Notes under the pieces: generated by a model | Seen by the model: only the letters and a program-made list of their open reading frames with translations | What the model was told of the DNA's origin: nothing | Database searches by the model: none | Assembly (NCBI GenBank): GCA_963762565.1 | Contig: CAVXLD010000001.1 | Location: forward strand, 32,001 to 96,000 | DNA: 64,000 bases | DNA from: an uncultured Verrucomicrobiae bacterium | Lineage (GTDB): Bacteria; Verrucomicrobiota; Verrucomicrobiia; Chthoniobacterales; JAFAMB01 | Direction: 5' to 3' | Position numbers and translations under genes: made by a program | Part shown: positions 45,616-55,284 of the stretch, piece after piece | Layout of the letters: each line of letters starts with the position of its first letter | Numbering within the stretch: position 1 is the first letter of the stretch

Positions 45616-46467
45616 TTGAACATCCTATCCATCCAATCCAGCGTCGTTTACGGGCACGTCGGTAACAGTGCGGCGGTATTCCCTTTGCAACGACTAGGGG
45701 TCGAAGTCTGGCCGATTAATACCGTCCATTTTTCGAACCACACGGGATACGGCAGTTGGGGCGGCGGAGTGCTGCCGACACCTGTGGTTGAAGATATCGT
45801 ACGCGGTTTGACTGAGCGCGGTGTGCTACCGCTTTGCGACGGTCTGCTGAGCGGGTATATGGGAGACGTTACACTTGGGCGCGTTATCCTCGATTTAGTA
45901 CAGCAGGTCCGAGCAGTGAACCCGCCGGCCGCTTACTGCCTGGACCCCGTCATGGGCGACACTGATCGCGGCTTTTACGTGCGCCCAGGGATCAGCGAGT
46001 TGATGAGAGACGAGGCGCTCCCCTTAGCGACGGTTATCACACCGAACCAATTCGAGCTGGAGTTTTTGGTGGGTCATCCGGTGGTCGATCTTGAGTCGAC
46101 TCTTACCGCGGTTAAACGCCTTCGGGATCGTGGCCCCGCGGTCGTGTTGGTGACTAGTTTAACTCGCGAAGATAGCGATCCTAACATGATCGAGGTACTC
46201 GCTGCGGACGCTCAATCCGCTCACCTGATTGCTACTCCCCGGCTTCCTCTTGCAGTTAACGGAGCGGGTGACGCCACCGCAGCCATTTTCTTCGCCCATT
46301 GGCTGATGAGAAAACCGCTCAGTGAAGCGCTAGAGAGAACGGTGAACTCAATCTTCGCAGTTCTTGCGCTAACCGCAGAAAGAAACGCTAAGGAGATCCA
46401 ACTCATCGGAGCCCAAGATCAGATCGCCAATCCGCCGACGAGGTTTAAGGCGGTCAAGATCCCGTGA
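45616..46467 (+). CDS. pdxY: Pyridoxal kinase
   Basis: ILSIQSSVVYGHVGNSAAVFPLQRLG, FSNHTGY, DPVMGD, TPNQFELE, NGAGD. Confidence 0.93.
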   Translation: MNILSIQSSVVYGHVGNSAAVFPLQRLGVEVWPINTVHFSNHTGYGSWGGGVLPTPVVEDIVRGLTERGVLPLCDGLLSGYMGDVTLGRVILDLVQQVRAVNPPAAYCLDPVMGDTDRGFYVRPGISELMRDEALPLATVITPNQFELEFLVGHPVVDLESTLTAVKRLRDRGPAVVLVTSLTREDSDPNMIEVLAADAQSAHLIATPRLPLAVNGAGDATAAIFFAHWLMRKPLSEALERTVNSIFAVLALTAERNAKEIQLIGAQDQIANPPTRFKAVKIP

Positions 46468-46470
46468 TGG

Positions 46471-46660
46471 AGGCGTTTGGCGTTTGGCGTTTGGCGTTTG
46501 GCGTTTGGCGTTTGGCGTGTGGCGTTTGGCGTGTGGCGTGTGGCGTGTGGGTGTGGCGTGTGGCGTGTGGCGTGTGGCGTGTGGCGTGTGGCTGTGGCTG
46601 TGGCGTGTGGCGTGTGGTGTGGCGTGTGGCGTGTGGCGTGTGGCGTGTGGGCGTGTGGGC
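46471..46660. repeat. Heptamer tandem array (GGCGTKT)n
   Basis: About 25 GGCGTTT/GGCGTGT units directly after the pdxY stop. Confidence 0.9.
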
Positions 46661-46665
46661 GATAG

Positions 46666-46947
46666 CGCCCGGAGGGGAGCCGCTTTGGCGCATGCCTAAA
46701 AACTCACGACCATTTGCTCTGTGATGACCGCAGCCGAGAAAGGTGCTCAACAGGCGGCTCCCGCGAACTGCCCAGCGCTGCGCAGTTCTGTCGGTCGCAT
46801 AGAAGACGAATCAATGAAGCCGTGGGTGAAACCTCGCGCTGGGTAACTCCCGGGAGCCGCTTGCTTTCGCGTTTTCAGGTCACGGTCGCGATATAACAAA
46901 GATCGGGAGGTCGCTAGGCGCGCGCCAAAGCGGCTCCCCTCCAGGCG
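46666..46947. repeat. Four-arm GGAGCCGC element, copy 3 (inverted homolog of copy 1)
   Basis: Same terminal and inner IRs; spacers align with the reverse complement of copy 1 (gatataacaaa, gggtgaaa, cgaatc, aaaaa). Confidence 0.85.
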
Positions 46948-46993
46948 TTATGGCCCGACTCGCCGCTTCGCCTATTCTCGGTAGAGTCTGATC

Positions 46994-47881
46994 ATGTCTG
47001 AGCAATTGAAGCGTTCCATTGTTATCACCGGCACTTCGTCCGGCATCGGCTACGCTGTGGCCAAAGTGCTGGCAGAACGCGGTTTTCAAGTGTTCGGTAG
47101 CGTTCGATCAGAGACAGACGCTAATCGTACGAGCCAGGAGCTTGGCCCCAATTTTTGCCCGTTGATCTTCGACGTAACGGACCAGCAAGCTGTCCGCAGA
47201 GCATCCGATTTGGTTTCCGAAAAAATCGGCCAGAATCACTTATACGCGTTGATTAATAATGCCGGGATCGAAATGGCCGGTCCGCTGGCTTATCTCCCTT
47301 TGGAAGGGTTTCGGCTCCAACTCGAAGTCAATCTGATCGGGGTGCTTTCTGTTACTCAAGCATTCTTACCATTGTTAGGCACTGAGCCCGGTCGGCTCGG
47401 ACGTCCGGGCCGGATCATCAACATCAGTTCGATGATGGGTCGCCTGGCCGTTCCCTTTATTGGCGCCTATTGTGCATCGAAATTCGGGCTCGAAGGTCTC
47501 TCAGATAGTCTTCGCCGCGAAATGAGGTTGTTTGGTATCGACGTCATTGTGGTCGAACCGGGAGCCGTGATAACGCCGATTTGGGATAAAGCTGAGGGGA
47601 AACTTTTGCATGACTATCCCAATACACCCTACCAGGATTCGCTCACAAAGTTTGTGGAGACTGCGATGAAATCTGGGGCTGAAGGCTTTCCACCGAGTAA
47701 AGTGGCTCAATTGATCGCCCGCATTTTATCGACCAAAAAACCAAAGGCTCGCTACACGCTGATACCCAAACACTTCGTTGAATTTACCATCCCACGCCTT
47801 TTACCGACGCGGACGCTTGATTATCTCATGGGCAAGTATCTTGGTATCGGCGCCGTCAGGGAGACGATACGTGAGAAGTGA
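46994..47881 (+). CDS. SDR oxidoreductase
   Basis: ITGTSSGIG, LINNAG, YCASKFG, VEPG. Confidence 0.93.
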   Translation: MSEQLKRSIVITGTSSGIGYAVAKVLAERGFQVFGSVRSETDANRTSQELGPNFCPLIFDVTDQQAVRRASDLVSEKIGQNHLYALINNAGIEMAGPLAYLPLEGFRLQLEVNLIGVLSVTQAFLPLLGTEPGRLGRPGRIINISSMMGRLAVPFIGAYCASKFGLEGLSDSLRREMRLFGIDVIVVEPGAVITPIWDKAEGKLLHDYPNTPYQDSLTKFVETAMKSGAEGFPPSKVAQLIARILSTKKPKARYTLIPKHFVEFTIPRLLPTRTLDYLMGKYLGIGAVRETIREK

Positions 47882-48074
47882 GAGGTGATTGGTGAGAAGT
47901 GATTGGTGGCCTACCCAATTGCGCAGTCGCCATCCAAGCGCTGGGATGGCGACTGCGCGCTGGACGTTTTCTATCGGGCCACATCGGACAGCACCGCTAC
48001 CGAGGGTGCGCCCAGACTCCCACTTCTCACTTCTCACTTCTCACTTCTCACTCTATTCTCCGGTACTTTAATCA

Positions 48075-48530
48075 ATGATCCTCCGTCTTTTTTTCCCTCC
48101 CCTCGTGGCCGGTCTGATGGTGGTGGTAGCCAGTGGATGCTTTTCCTATGCGAAAGACTATCGCGATTACACCATGGCGGTTGGCGCTGCTTATCCCAAT
48201 GAGGCAAACCTCGCGCAGGAACGGGTAGACAAATATCTGGCGCGTTTGAGCCCTGAGAAGAGAGCACGAATCGAGCAACATGAATATATCGCGGTCGAAG
48301 CAACGGAAGTCTCGGTCGCCGAGGTGCCTGGACTGAGTGAGAAATTCGCCGGCCAAACCGGCGGTTTAACCGATCGCGCCAACCAAATGGCCAAATTCAT
48401 CATGATCTTTGACGCGAAGACCGGCAAGCCGGTGGCTAACGAAGGCTACATCATCGTCGATTATCCGGCGAGAGGGGAGCTTGGCGTTTTTGGCGGCTAT
48501 ACTGCAGTGTACATTGGAACCGGCAGATGA
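48075..48530 (+). CDS. Hypothetical exported protein, paralog A (possible lipobox VASGC)
   Basis: Hydrophobic N-terminus; aligns with 48527-48994. Confidence 0.7.
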   Translation: MILRLFFPPLVAGLMVVVASGCFSYAKDYRDYTMAVGAAYPNEANLAQERVDKYLARLSPEKRARIEQHEYIAVEATEVSVAEVPGLSEKFAGQTGGLTDRANQMAKFIMIFDAKTGKPVANEGYIIVDYPARGELGVFGGYTAVYIGTGR

Positions 48531-48994
48531 AACAGCTCACGATTTCTCTGGTACTCGGGTTTCTGGTCTTGTCGGCCGTCGCGACCCCGGCTAAGGCTGA
48601 AGAGAAAGACTACGGTGTCATGACTGCGAAGCCGTACCGGGCCGAGATTCAGCGGGGTCAACAACGTTTGGCGAAGTTTCTGTCGCGTTTGAACCCCAAA
48701 CGCAAAGCACTGCTGGATCAAACACCCTATGTCGCGGTCGAAGTTTATGTGCTGACTGCGGGAGAGGTTCCAGGACTTACCGAGCGTTTGGGCCTAGGGT
48801 CCGTCGGTTCGGGTCAGTTCTCCCAGGACATTCAGAGCGGTGCGAACGTTCAGGTGCAATTCCTTCTCATCTACGATTCGCGCACCCAAAAACTGGTCGG
48901 CGACGACGGCGTCCTGGTGACCGATACGCCGTCAAAGAACAAGGTCGGTCTTTTTGAAGGAACGCGTGCCGTCTACGTAGGGACCGGCTCGTGA
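48527..48994 (+). CDS. Hypothetical exported protein, paralog B
   Basis: Signal peptide ending AKA; ATGA overlap with paralog A; ends AVYVGTGS. Confidence 0.72.
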   Translation: MKQLTISLVLGFLVLSAVATPAKAEEKDYGVMTAKPYRAEIQRGQQRLAKFLSRLNPKRKALLDQTPYVAVEVYVLTAGEVPGLTERLGLGSVGSGQFSQDIQSGANVQVQFLLIYDSRTQKLVGDDGVLVTDTPSKNKVGLFEGTRAVYVGTGS

Positions 48995-49169
48995 GACGAG
49001 GTTCTCCGTTGGCGGTTGGCGGTTTGCGCTTGTTCAGCGGTAAAGATTCGCGATGGACCGTGGAGCGGATGGGACTTATGGGACAAATGGGACTTATGAG
49101 ACGATCTTTTTCGCAAGTGGATGATACGATTGCGAAAGCGCGAACTGCTAACGGCTAACTGCTAACTCC

Positions 49170-49892
49170 TTAACGCAATAAGCCTCCCACGGCTTGGATT
49201 GGGATTAATGAACCGGCTCGGGTGACCCACACAGCAAGAGCGTCCGCCTTATCAGTCGGACAGGAAATGTCGGCTGCAAAATTTTCTCCGGACTGGCTGA
49301 GATCTGTTTTCACCAGATTCATCGCGATAAACTGATGGATCAGCGTCCGCCCCTGGTTCTCGCCTCGGGTAACACGCGAAGTTTCATTCATCTTTAGGGG
49401 AACGATCTCCACTGAGTAAGGTCCGCCAGATCGTGAAGGCGAATAGGTGATTTTAATTTCGTTGCCGGCCGTTAAAACGACCAGTTTGCCGGCATCAGGA
49501 TTCTCATTGCCTGGAAGCGCGCGACCCCACGCTTGCCATTCAGCACCGTTCAGGACAAATGCCGGTGTATAAACAGATCCAGATCCCCAATCTGCCGCAT
49601 AACGACGTTGGCGCTGGGTGTAATCCCGGCTCGAAAACGAGTCTTTCCAACCAAGGTTATCCCAGTAATCCACGTGAAAGGCCACCGGAACAACCATCTT
49701 CCATAGTGCCGGGTTTTGAGCCAAGGCGCCAAGCCAAGCTTCGGCGGGTGGACAACTGCTGCAGCCTTCCGACGTATAGAGTTCCAGTAGCGAAACCTGA
49801 GCCGGCCCGCTTTCGAACCGGGTAGAGGTCTGTCCCTGCAAGTTCATTTCGAGGCCAAGAATAGAGGCGGTCAGCAAAAGAAGCGTTCTCAC
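49170..49892 (-). CDS. DUF1223 thioredoxin-like secreted protein
   Basis: LELYTSEGCSSCPPAE, AFHVDYWD.LGWKD, VYTP, GEN.GR.L.H. Confidence 0.9.
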   Translation of the reverse strand: MRTLLLLTASILGLEMNLQGQTSTRFESGPAQVSLLELYTSEGCSSCPPAEAWLGALAQNPALWKMVVPVAFHVDYWDNLGWKDSFSSRDYTQRQRRYAADWGSGSVYTPAFVLNGAEWQAWGRALPGNENPDAGKLVVLTAGNEIKITYSPSRSGGPYSVEIVPLKMNETSRVTRGENQGRTLIHQFIAMNLVKTDLSQSGENFAADISCPTDKADALAVWVTRAGSLIPIQAVGGLLR

Positions 49893-49935
49893 TGACCTGG
49901 ATGATGCGGGGACAGGTCTGGTTATTCCGGAAACC

Positions 49936-50146
49936 GTGGAGCGCTGCCTCGCTTGCGAGGCCGTGGTGAACAGTGAAGAACAGGGTGATAGGTGAAAAGT
50001 GAAAGGAATGCTACCAGCCAGCAGACAAATTCGGCGCTGTTGCCCTAAAAATCATTGACGCTAATGATTCCTCGTTAGGCCCACGATTTCACCTTTCACC
50101 TTTCACCCTGATCACCAACGGCCTCGCAAGCGAGGCAGCGCTCCAC
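49936..50146. repeat. REP-like 29 bp perfect IR enclosing heptamer arrays
   Basis: gtggagcgctgcctcgcttgcgaggccgt and its reverse complement at 50118-50146; inner ggtgaaa / tttcacc units. Confidence 0.88.
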
Positions 50147-50188
50147 TCTGTACTCCTTTTCTCATTTGCGGTAAATTTCCCCAAGTTT

Positions 50189-50713
50189 GTGGAAACTCTG
50201 CTGCTTTCGCCTATTACGATTGCTTTGGCCGCCGTTTTCGTACTGGGTTGCATACTCGTTTTGATCTGGGTATTCCGGGGTTCGGGTCGTCCGGCGGTTT
50301 ATTTGTCCGTTGTGGACAGCCTGCTCACGCCGGCGGAAAAGCTCTTTTACGAGCAGCTAGACCTGGTTATCGACGGCCGGCTACAAATTCTCTGCAAGGT
50401 GCGGCTGGCAGACTTGATCGAAGTCGAAAGCCGGCAACCGGAGGAACGAAACCGCGTTTTTCGCCGGATCTCTTCCAAGCATATCGACTTCGTCTTAGCT
50501 GAACCCGGCAATCTGACGCCTGTGCTGGCCATTGAACTCGACGACAGCTCTCACGACCGAGCTGATCGAAGAGAGCGCGACGAATACCTACAGGAATTGT
50601 TCGAGACGGTCCGGTTCCCTTTATTGCGAATCAAAGCTTCTGCTAGCTACAACCGAAGAGCATTAGTGGATGCTCTCGAACAATCGTTGAGACGCCGGTT
50701 CCAGCCCTATTAG
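50189..50713 (+). CDS. DUF2726 domain protein
   Basis: N-terminal TM, LLTPAE..F, KVRLAD, HIDFV, AIELDDSSH, RD. Confidence 0.88.
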   Translation: METLLLSPITIALAAVFVLGCILVLIWVFRGSGRPAVYLSVVDSLLTPAEKLFYEQLDLVIDGRLQILCKVRLADLIEVESRQPEERNRVFRRISSKHIDFVLAEPGNLTPVLAIELDDSSHDRADRRERDEYLQELFETVRFPLLRIKASASYNRRALVDALEQSLRRRFQPY

Positions 50714-50855
50714 GTTGCGTTCGCAGTTCGCAGTTCGCGGTTAACGGTTCGCGCCGGGAGTGGAACGGATAGGATCCGCCTCCGCAAAGCCTACGGCGCG
50801 ACTGGCTCTATGGGACCAATGGGACCTATAGGACCCAACTGGTAACTGCTAACCG

Positions 50856-52298
50856 CTAACCATTCACGCTAGCCGTCGCCGGTTCTGCATGATTTCCGTT
50901 TAGCTCCCGGTTGTCCGCCCGTTTGGCGGTCTTTGATTTGGCGGTGTTCAGCGCTAATTCCAACATAGGGCCGGGGAATTGCCGGCATGCTTTCAGCGTC
51001 TCATCGAATGCGTTAACAAAATAATCGACCTCTTTTTCGCCGATCATCAGGGGTGGCAGTATCTTGATCACATCCATGTTATGCCCAGCCACCTGAGTTA
51101 GCACTCGATGTTTGCTGACCAACGGCACCACCACCATCTGGGGAAAGAGCGCTCGATCGATTTTATGCAAGAGGCGCCAAGCTAACTTCAAGCTAAGCTC
51201 GGGCGGTTCGGCGAATTCGATCGCGATCATAAGACCTTTACCTCGCACCTCCTTTAGAAACGTATGCTTACGCCGAAGCGCGTCCAAACGTTCAACCAGC
51301 AAGTCTCCCATCCGGGCTGAGTTCTCGATCAGATTTTCCGATTCTAACACGGCCAAACTGGCCAGTCCGCAGGTCATGGCGAGGTTATTACGTCCGAACG
51401 TACTGGAGTGGACGACGCAACGATCCAGCCGGCTAAAGACTTTTTGGTAGATGGCTCGCCTCGTAATGATCGCACCGCACGGCACGTAGCCGCCGCTTAA
51501 GCTCTTAGCCACTGTAACAATATCTGGCTCTAGGCCCCAGTGCTCGAAGGCCCACCATTTTCCAGTACGTCCAAGGCCGGTTTGAATCTCATCACAAATA
51601 AATAATGTCCCGTACTTCCGGCAAAGAATCTGAGCCTGAATAAAAAAATCGTCTTTAGGGCATTTGACTCCTTTGCCCTGGACCGGCTCGACCAAAAAAG
51701 CGGCCACATTCTTTCCGCGCAGAAGCCGATCGAGCGTCGCCAAATCTCCGATCTTGACTCGCTCAACGTTCGGCATCAATGGGCCGAATCCTTCCTGAAA
51801 GTTAGTGATCCCGGTGACCGAGAGTGAGCCATAACTTAGCCCGTGGTAACCTCCATGGAGAGCGACCAACCCGGGACGACCGGTCGCTGCACGCGCAAAT
51901 TTTAACGCTCCCTCAATGGCCTCGGTTCCGGAGTTGCAGAAAAAGATGGCCTCAAGATGCGGCGGAGTCTTCTTTAACAGCGCTTCGGCCAAAAGACCGC
52001 TCAACAGCGAGCAATCCATTTGCACCATATTGGGCAGGTCCAGATCAAGGGCGTCCCGAATTGCTTGCTTAATGACGGGATGGTTGCGTCCCATATTGAA
52101 GACGCTGTAACCGCTTAAAAAATCAAGGTAAGCATTGCCGGCTGCATCGTAGAGGTAGGCCCCCTCTGCTCGCGTATAAACCCGGTCAAACCCAGTGATA
52201 CGCAAAACTTCAACCAGCGTCGGATTCAGGTGCTTGGCATGAAGCTGATAATTGTCACCCATGCGTGATGACACCAAGCTCTTAAGATCAAAGGACAT
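50856..52298 (-). CDS. hpnO: Class III aminotransferase, HpnO-like
   Basis: HLN..LRITGFD, GRNHP, LPNMVQMD, EPVQGKGV, VVHSSTF, LTQVAGH..IKILPPL match the HpnO subfamily pattern. Confidence 0.72.
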   Translation of the reverse strand: MSFDLKSLVSSRMGDNYQLHAKHLNPTLVEVLRITGFDRVYTRAEGAYLYDAAGNAYLDFLSGYSVFNMGRNHPVIKQAIRDALDLDLPNMVQMDCSLLSGLLAEALLKKTPPHLEAIFFCNSGTEAIEGALKFARAATGRPGLVALHGGYHGLSYGSLSVTGITNFQEGFGPLMPNVERVKIGDLATLDRLLRGKNVAAFLVEPVQGKGVKCPKDDFFIQAQILCRKYGTLFICDEIQTGLGRTGKWWAFEHWGLEPDIVTVAKSLSGGYVPCGAIITRRAIYQKVFSRLDRCVVHSSTFGRNNLAMTCGLASLAVLESENLIENSARMGDLLVERLDALRRKHTFLKEVRGKGLMIAIEFAEPPELSLKLAWRLLHKIDRALFPQMVVVPLVSKHRVLTQVAGHNMDVIKILPPLMIGEKEVDYFVNAFDETLKACRQFPGPMLELALNTAKSKTAKRADNRELNGNHAEPATASVNG

Positions 52299-52581
52299 TT
52301 TGGTATGAAACTGATGAACCGTAGGCGAGTTCCCAGCAATGGCAAGGCGAGACGAGAGGCGAAACGGCGAAACGGCGTATGGGCGAAACGGCGTATGGCG
52401 TACCGGCTGTGGGCGCTTGGAGGCGCATAGCGCTGAAGTGAATTTAGCTTAGAGGCTAAATTCTTCGCGGCCCGAAGGCTTTCGGGGCCAGGGGTTCGCG
52501 CTGTCGATCGCCGTTTCGCCCAATCGCCCATTCGCCGTTTCGTTCCGCGTGGCGCGATTATGGCTATTATTGCCGGATCGT

Positions 52582-52899
52582 ATGCAATTTATTCCTTGGA
52601 TGGCATTCCTCCTGGCGGCAATTTTTGAGGTGGGCGGCGACGCCGTGATCCGGATGGGGATAAAGAGCAATAACCTTGTGCTGATGTTGCTAGGCGCTGC
52701 AACGCTCGGCGGGTACGGCCTTATCGTAAACTCCGTTGATTGGAGCTTCGCAAAGATCTTCGGCGTTTACGTCGGCGCGTTTGCCCTGGTTGCAGTTCTT
52801 TTCGGCAAATTCTTATTCCGGGAACAGATCCCGCTCAGTACCTGGATCGGGCTGGCCATTATCGTCACGGGTGGATTGGTCATTCAGTTTGGAAGGTAA
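52582..52899 (+). CDS. Small 4-TM DMT/SMR-like membrane protein
   Basis: AAIFEVGGDA, FGVYVGAF, four hydrophobic helices. Confidence 0.75.
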   Translation: MQFIPWMAFLLAAIFEVGGDAVIRMGIKSNNLVLMLLGAATLGGYGLIVNSVDWSFAKIFGVYVGAFALVAVLFGKFLFREQIPLSTWIGLAIIVTGGLVIQFGR

Positions 52900-53020
52900 C
52901 ACCCGCACCGCCAAAGTAAGCAGTAAGCAGTAAGCAGTAAGCGGTAAGCAGTACGGAGGTGTTCCGACGCGTTCTGGACTGATTACTGACACACTGCTAC
53001 TCCTTACTGCTTACTTTTCC

Positions 53021-54811
53021 CTAGTGGTGGCATCTCGCCACCGCCAGTGCCACGACGAAAGCCACAATCGGAATAGTCGCCGAGATGACGACCAGACGGA
53101 CGCCTCGCCAGCGCGTCTTCCACATTTTTGGCGAGCGCAGACGACTGCTCCGGCCGGTTAACCGGACCGAGTCCGGGTCGTCCAGCTCCGCTTTCATGGC
53201 GGCTGCGGTCTGATAACGTTTGGACGGTTCGCGCTCCATCGCGTGGAGAATAATCTCCTCCAGCTGCTCGCTAATTTGCGGATTTCGTTTGCGCGGTGCC
53301 ACTGGGTCACCGGCGATCCGCGAGTTCATGACAATAAAGGGGTTCGGTCCCTCGAAGGGGACTCGCCCGGTTGTCATTTCGTACAGCATCGCGCCAAGGC
53401 TATAAATATCAGTTCGCTCATCTCCCCGGCGGCCTTTCACCTGTTCGGGAGCCATATAATCCGGTGTCCCCATGGCCGGACTTAATCCGGCGAACGTGAT
53501 GCGCCTCATCTCGGTCGCTTTAGCAATTCCGAAGTCCATGATTCGAATTGAGCCGTCCTCACAGACCATCACATTTTGAGGTTTGAGATCCCGATGCACC
53601 ACCTTTTGCTCGTGCATATGAGAAAGCGCATCACAGAGGGCGCTGGCGATCTGAACTGCGTCCGAGATCGGAAGCGGGCGAATCTCCTGCATGACTTCGC
53701 TTAGGGTTCGCCCCTGCAAATACTCCATCACGATGTACGGGCGACTCTGATCCGGTACCGTGACGAATCGTAGGATATTGGGATGGTTCAGGCGTCTGCC
53801 GATCTCGGCCTCCCGCTGGAATCTTGCAAATGTTCCGGGATCGGATTCGTACTGCATGTAGGGAACTTTGACCGCGACAGTATCTCCATTTGAAAGGTCG
53901 GTAGCCTTATAGATCGACGCCATGCCGCTGCGATTAACCACGCTTTCGATGCGAAAGCGGCTGTCTAGAACATCCCCGACCTGGACTTCGTGTTGCATGC
54001 GGTTTTCCAGCTCCCCCTGGGAGTTCTTCAGAAACGAGATGGGTGAGTCATACTTCGGGTCAACTAGACGGTCAATCTGGATCACCTGGGCGGTCAGGTT
54101 GTCATCTGTAACCCGTCTTTCCGCTAAGGAAATCAGATATGGACAGATCTCGTCCATATTTAATCGATCGACCCCTTCGGATATTTCTCCGTCGTTTACA
54201 AAGCAGTAAAGCCCGTCGGTGCACAGGAGGACCCTGTCGCGCGACATCAATTTGATCCGCTTGAAATCGCAACGAACAACGGGCTCATGTCCGACCGTCC
54301 GGGTTAACATCGACCGAAGATTACTGGCGCGGGCTTCGTGTTCGGTGATCAACCGGAGTTTCAATTGTAGCCCGGTGTAAGAATGATCATCCGTCAATCT
54401 CTTGATCTGCTCGTTTCGGACTAGATAAGCCCGGGAATCCCCGACGTGGCCAATCGACAGCTCTCTGTCGCGAAAGATGCAGACGGTTAAAGTTGTAGCC
54501 ATGCGTCCGCCCTGTGGGTTTTCCATACCCGACTCGTAAATGGCTAAATTTGCCCGCAGGAAAATCTCTTTTAGAATCTGTCTGGTTGTAAGCGAAGGGC
54601 TCGCTTGGCGAAAAACCTCCAGCGCGACATTCACAGCTAATTGGCTGGCGACGTCACCGTTACTCTGGCCGCCGACACCATCGGCAATGATCGCTACCGA
54701 GCCTTGTTGGCGCCGGACCTGGTCGTCCGCAGGTTCCCAAAAAGCGATTGCGTCTTCGTTGCGATCTCGCTTCGGACCGGGGGAAGAGAGCGAGAATTGG
54801 CTGAGGCGCAT
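53021..54811 (-). CDS. Bifunctional PP2C phosphatase - Ser/Thr kinase with C-terminal TM
   Basis: NED, ADGVGG, GDSRAY, CTDG, DNLT; VAVK, HRDLKPQN, DFG, GTPDYMAPE. Confidence 0.92.
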   Translation of the reverse strand: MRLSQFSLSSPGPKRDRNEDAIAFWEPADDQVRRQQGSVAIIADGVGGQSNGDVASQLAVNVALEVFRQASPSLTTRQILKEIFLRANLAIYESGMENPQGGRMATTLTVCIFRDRELSIGHVGDSRAYLVRNEQIKRLTDDHSYTGLQLKLRLITEHEARASNLRSMLTRTVGHEPVVRCDFKRIKLMSRDRVLLCTDGLYCFVNDGEISEGVDRLNMDEICPYLISLAERRVTDDNLTAQVIQIDRLVDPKYDSPISFLKNSQGELENRMQHEVQVGDVLDSRFRIESVVNRSGMASIYKATDLSNGDTVAVKVPYMQYESDPGTFARFQREAEIGRRLNHPNILRFVTVPDQSRPYIVMEYLQGRTLSEVMQEIRPLPISDAVQIASALCDALSHMHEQKVVHRDLKPQNVMVCEDGSIRIMDFGIAKATEMRRITFAGLSPAMGTPDYMAPEQVKGRRGDERTDIYSLGAMLYEMTTGRVPFEGPNPFIVMNSRIAGDPVAPRKRNPQISEQLEEIILHAMEREPSKRYQTAAAMKAELDDPDSVRLTGRSSRLRSPKMWKTRWRGVRLVVISATIPIVAFVVALAVARCHH

Positions 54812-55284
54812 TGGACAATCAGATAGCCTGGATCGGCCACAAATCGCCAGCGATTTGTGGCCGATCCAGGCTACAGGCTTCTAGGACCGGGGCATCTGCA
54901 CATGCAGTACCCCGGTCCTAATGAAAACCTCACGAGCGACGGAGTAGCACGTGGCGTGCCACCGGGGCGTTTGGCGTTTGGCGTTTGGCGTTTGGCGTTC
55001 GGCGTATCGGCGTGCCGGCGATGGGGAGGGATCGCGTCCTCGCGATCCGTTGTGACCGGAACACGCTTGCCGAACCCAAGGTTAGCTAGGTCCTGGGCTT
55101 TGACCTCGCCTTTAAAGCGCGCGGGGACGCGCGCCCTCCCCGAAAACCGACCTTTCGCCGTTTCGCCGGGCTTCGCGCCGGTTTCGCCGGTGCGCCGTTT
55201 CGCCCCCTCGCCGACACGCCCCATCGCCAACAAACCACACCCAAAACGCTGATCGGGGTTGCGCTGTCGTTTGGCTGCGCAACA

